DNA of 64,000 nucleotides, from positions 12,654 to 76,653 of the IMG/VR virus record IMGVR_UViG_3300036805_000175; one strand, given 5' to 3'. Source of the DNA: a virus. Lineage: Duplodnaviria > Caudoviricetes. The notes under the pieces are model-generated. The model saw only the letters and a program-made list of their open reading frames with translations. It was not told the origin of the DNA and did no database searches. The position numbers were made by a program, and so were the translations under genes. Within the stretch, counting starts at the first letter, position 1, and each line of letters opens with the position of its first letter. Positions 63,263 through 64,000 of this stretch are shown here, one piece after another.

Positions 63263-63433
63263 ATGGTCCGCCGTATCGCCGCCGCCGTCTTCGCCTGCGC
63301 GGCCCTCACACTGCCGTTCGCCCTGTCCGCCGCGCCCGCCGCGCCGGGGGCGCTCCACTACCACTCCGGCCCCAGCCAGCACGTGGCGGCCCTGCATTAC
63401 ACCGGGCCCGCCAAGCTGCACTACCACACGTAG
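63263..63433 (+). CDS. Small secreted peptide precursor with three LHY repeats
   Basis: AGGGAG RBS; signal peptide; LHYHSGP..LHYTGP..LHYHT*. Confidence 0.65.
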   Translation: MVRRIAAAVFACAALTLPFALSAAPAAPGALHYHSGPSQHVAALHYTGPAKLHYHT

Positions 63434-63445
63434 AGTGGGCCACTG

Positions 63446-63652
63446 ATGCTGTACGGGATGAACGAGATACCGCAGCGGCCGCCACGCCCGCGGCTGGAGT
63501 ACGTCCTGGCCACTGGCGATGACCAGGGGCTGTTCTGCGACTGGGACACCTGGCCGGCCCCGCCGGCCCGGAACTCCTATCAGGACGCCGCCCTGCGCCG
63601 CCACCGGATGGTCCGGCGCTGGCAGCGTGACGCCGGCCAGGCCGATACCTGA
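63446..63652 (+). CDS. Hypothetical protein
   Basis: Follows the peptide gene; exact start uncertain. Confidence 0.45.
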   Translation: MLYGMNEIPQRPPRPRLEYVLATGDDQGLFCDWDTWPAPPARNSYQDAALRRHRMVRRWQRDAGQADT

Positions 63653-63739
63653 GCCCGGCAGGCCCCTTGCCTGAGCGGCCAGCGGGGGCGCATCCTGTAG
63701 GTGCCTTCCGCTTCGCCGAGAGCAGGGCAACGCACCATC

Positions 63740-63770
63740 CCGGCCCCCGTCTGAGCAGGACGGGGGCCGG
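63740..63770. terminator. Hairpin between convergent genes
   Basis: CCGGCCCCCGTC/GACGGGGGCCGG 12-bp stem, 7-nt loop. Confidence 0.7.
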
Positions 63771-63787
63771 CGTCTTTCAGCCGGGGT

Positions 63788-64000
63788 TCACAACTGCGGA
63801 CGGGCCAGCATCAGCGCGGCGATGGTCTCCGACCCGGCACCCGACTGGAAGATCCGGCGCATCAGCCCCTCCGGGGTGGTGCTCAGGACGGACATGTTGA
63901 AGAACTTCTCAATCTGGTCGTCCTTCAGCGCCTCCCCCGCCGGGATCACCGGGGACACAAGGAAGACGTGCGTTTCCTTCGTGGTCTCGCTCGGGGAGGA
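63788..64000 (-). CDS. Partial hypothetical protein (3' end)
   Basis: Open frame ..THVFLVSPVIPAGEALKDDQIEKFFNMSVL..LMLARPQL*. Confidence 0.55.
   Translation of the reverse strand, partial: SSPSETTKETHVFLVSPVIPAGEALKDDQIEKFFNMSVLSTTPEGLMRRIFQSGAGSETIAALMLARPQL

Noticed and set aside
1-64000. Integrated prophage boundaries, host genes, tRNA/rRNA genes, IS elements
   Set aside because: None recognised; the att-like site appears unsplit. A tRNA scan was not possible, so a divergent tRNA could have been missed.

Overview
The whole window is one high-GC temperate siphophage of an Actinomycetota host; I found no host housekeeping genes. The + strand from 1 to 34.7 kb carries the late arm: HNH, a putative cos/packaging region, terS, terL, portal, prohead protease, HK97-type capsid, a ~5.7 kb block of accessory virion genes, head-tail genes, major tail protein, frameshifted tail chaperones, tape measure, Dit, a hub fused to a hydrolase-like domain, and a large lysis cassette. 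The centre (36.5-39.9 kb) has an apparently intact attP-like inverted repeat, a large serine integrase and a separate tyrosine recombinase. The early arm (40-60.2 kb) is transcribed leftward and encodes replication, recombination and DNA-modification genes: replication initiator, DnaC-like loader, ERF, MazG-like protein, a BldC-like regulator, a split N6/N4 methyltransferase, a dual-coded C5 methyltransferase, and a YhhQ + TGT-like pair. A cro/repressor switch lies at 60.0-61.1 kb, followed by GntR and a small secreted repeat peptide. The strongest leads are: (1) a methyltransferase broken into pieces around an antisense endonuclease; (2) a synonymously recoded capsid 3' end in front of an EndoVII-type homing endonuclease; (3) three stem-loops with an identical CAGUCAGA loop in the capsid leader; (4) a two-gene deazaguanine salvage/modification module; (5) an LHY-repeat peptide precursor near the immunity region; (6) an overlapping LLPTP-repeat protein inside the C5 methyltransferase gene. 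All family assignments come from motifs recognised by eye; no searches or folding programs were run. Most long ORFs in the supplied track are GC-rich shadow frames.
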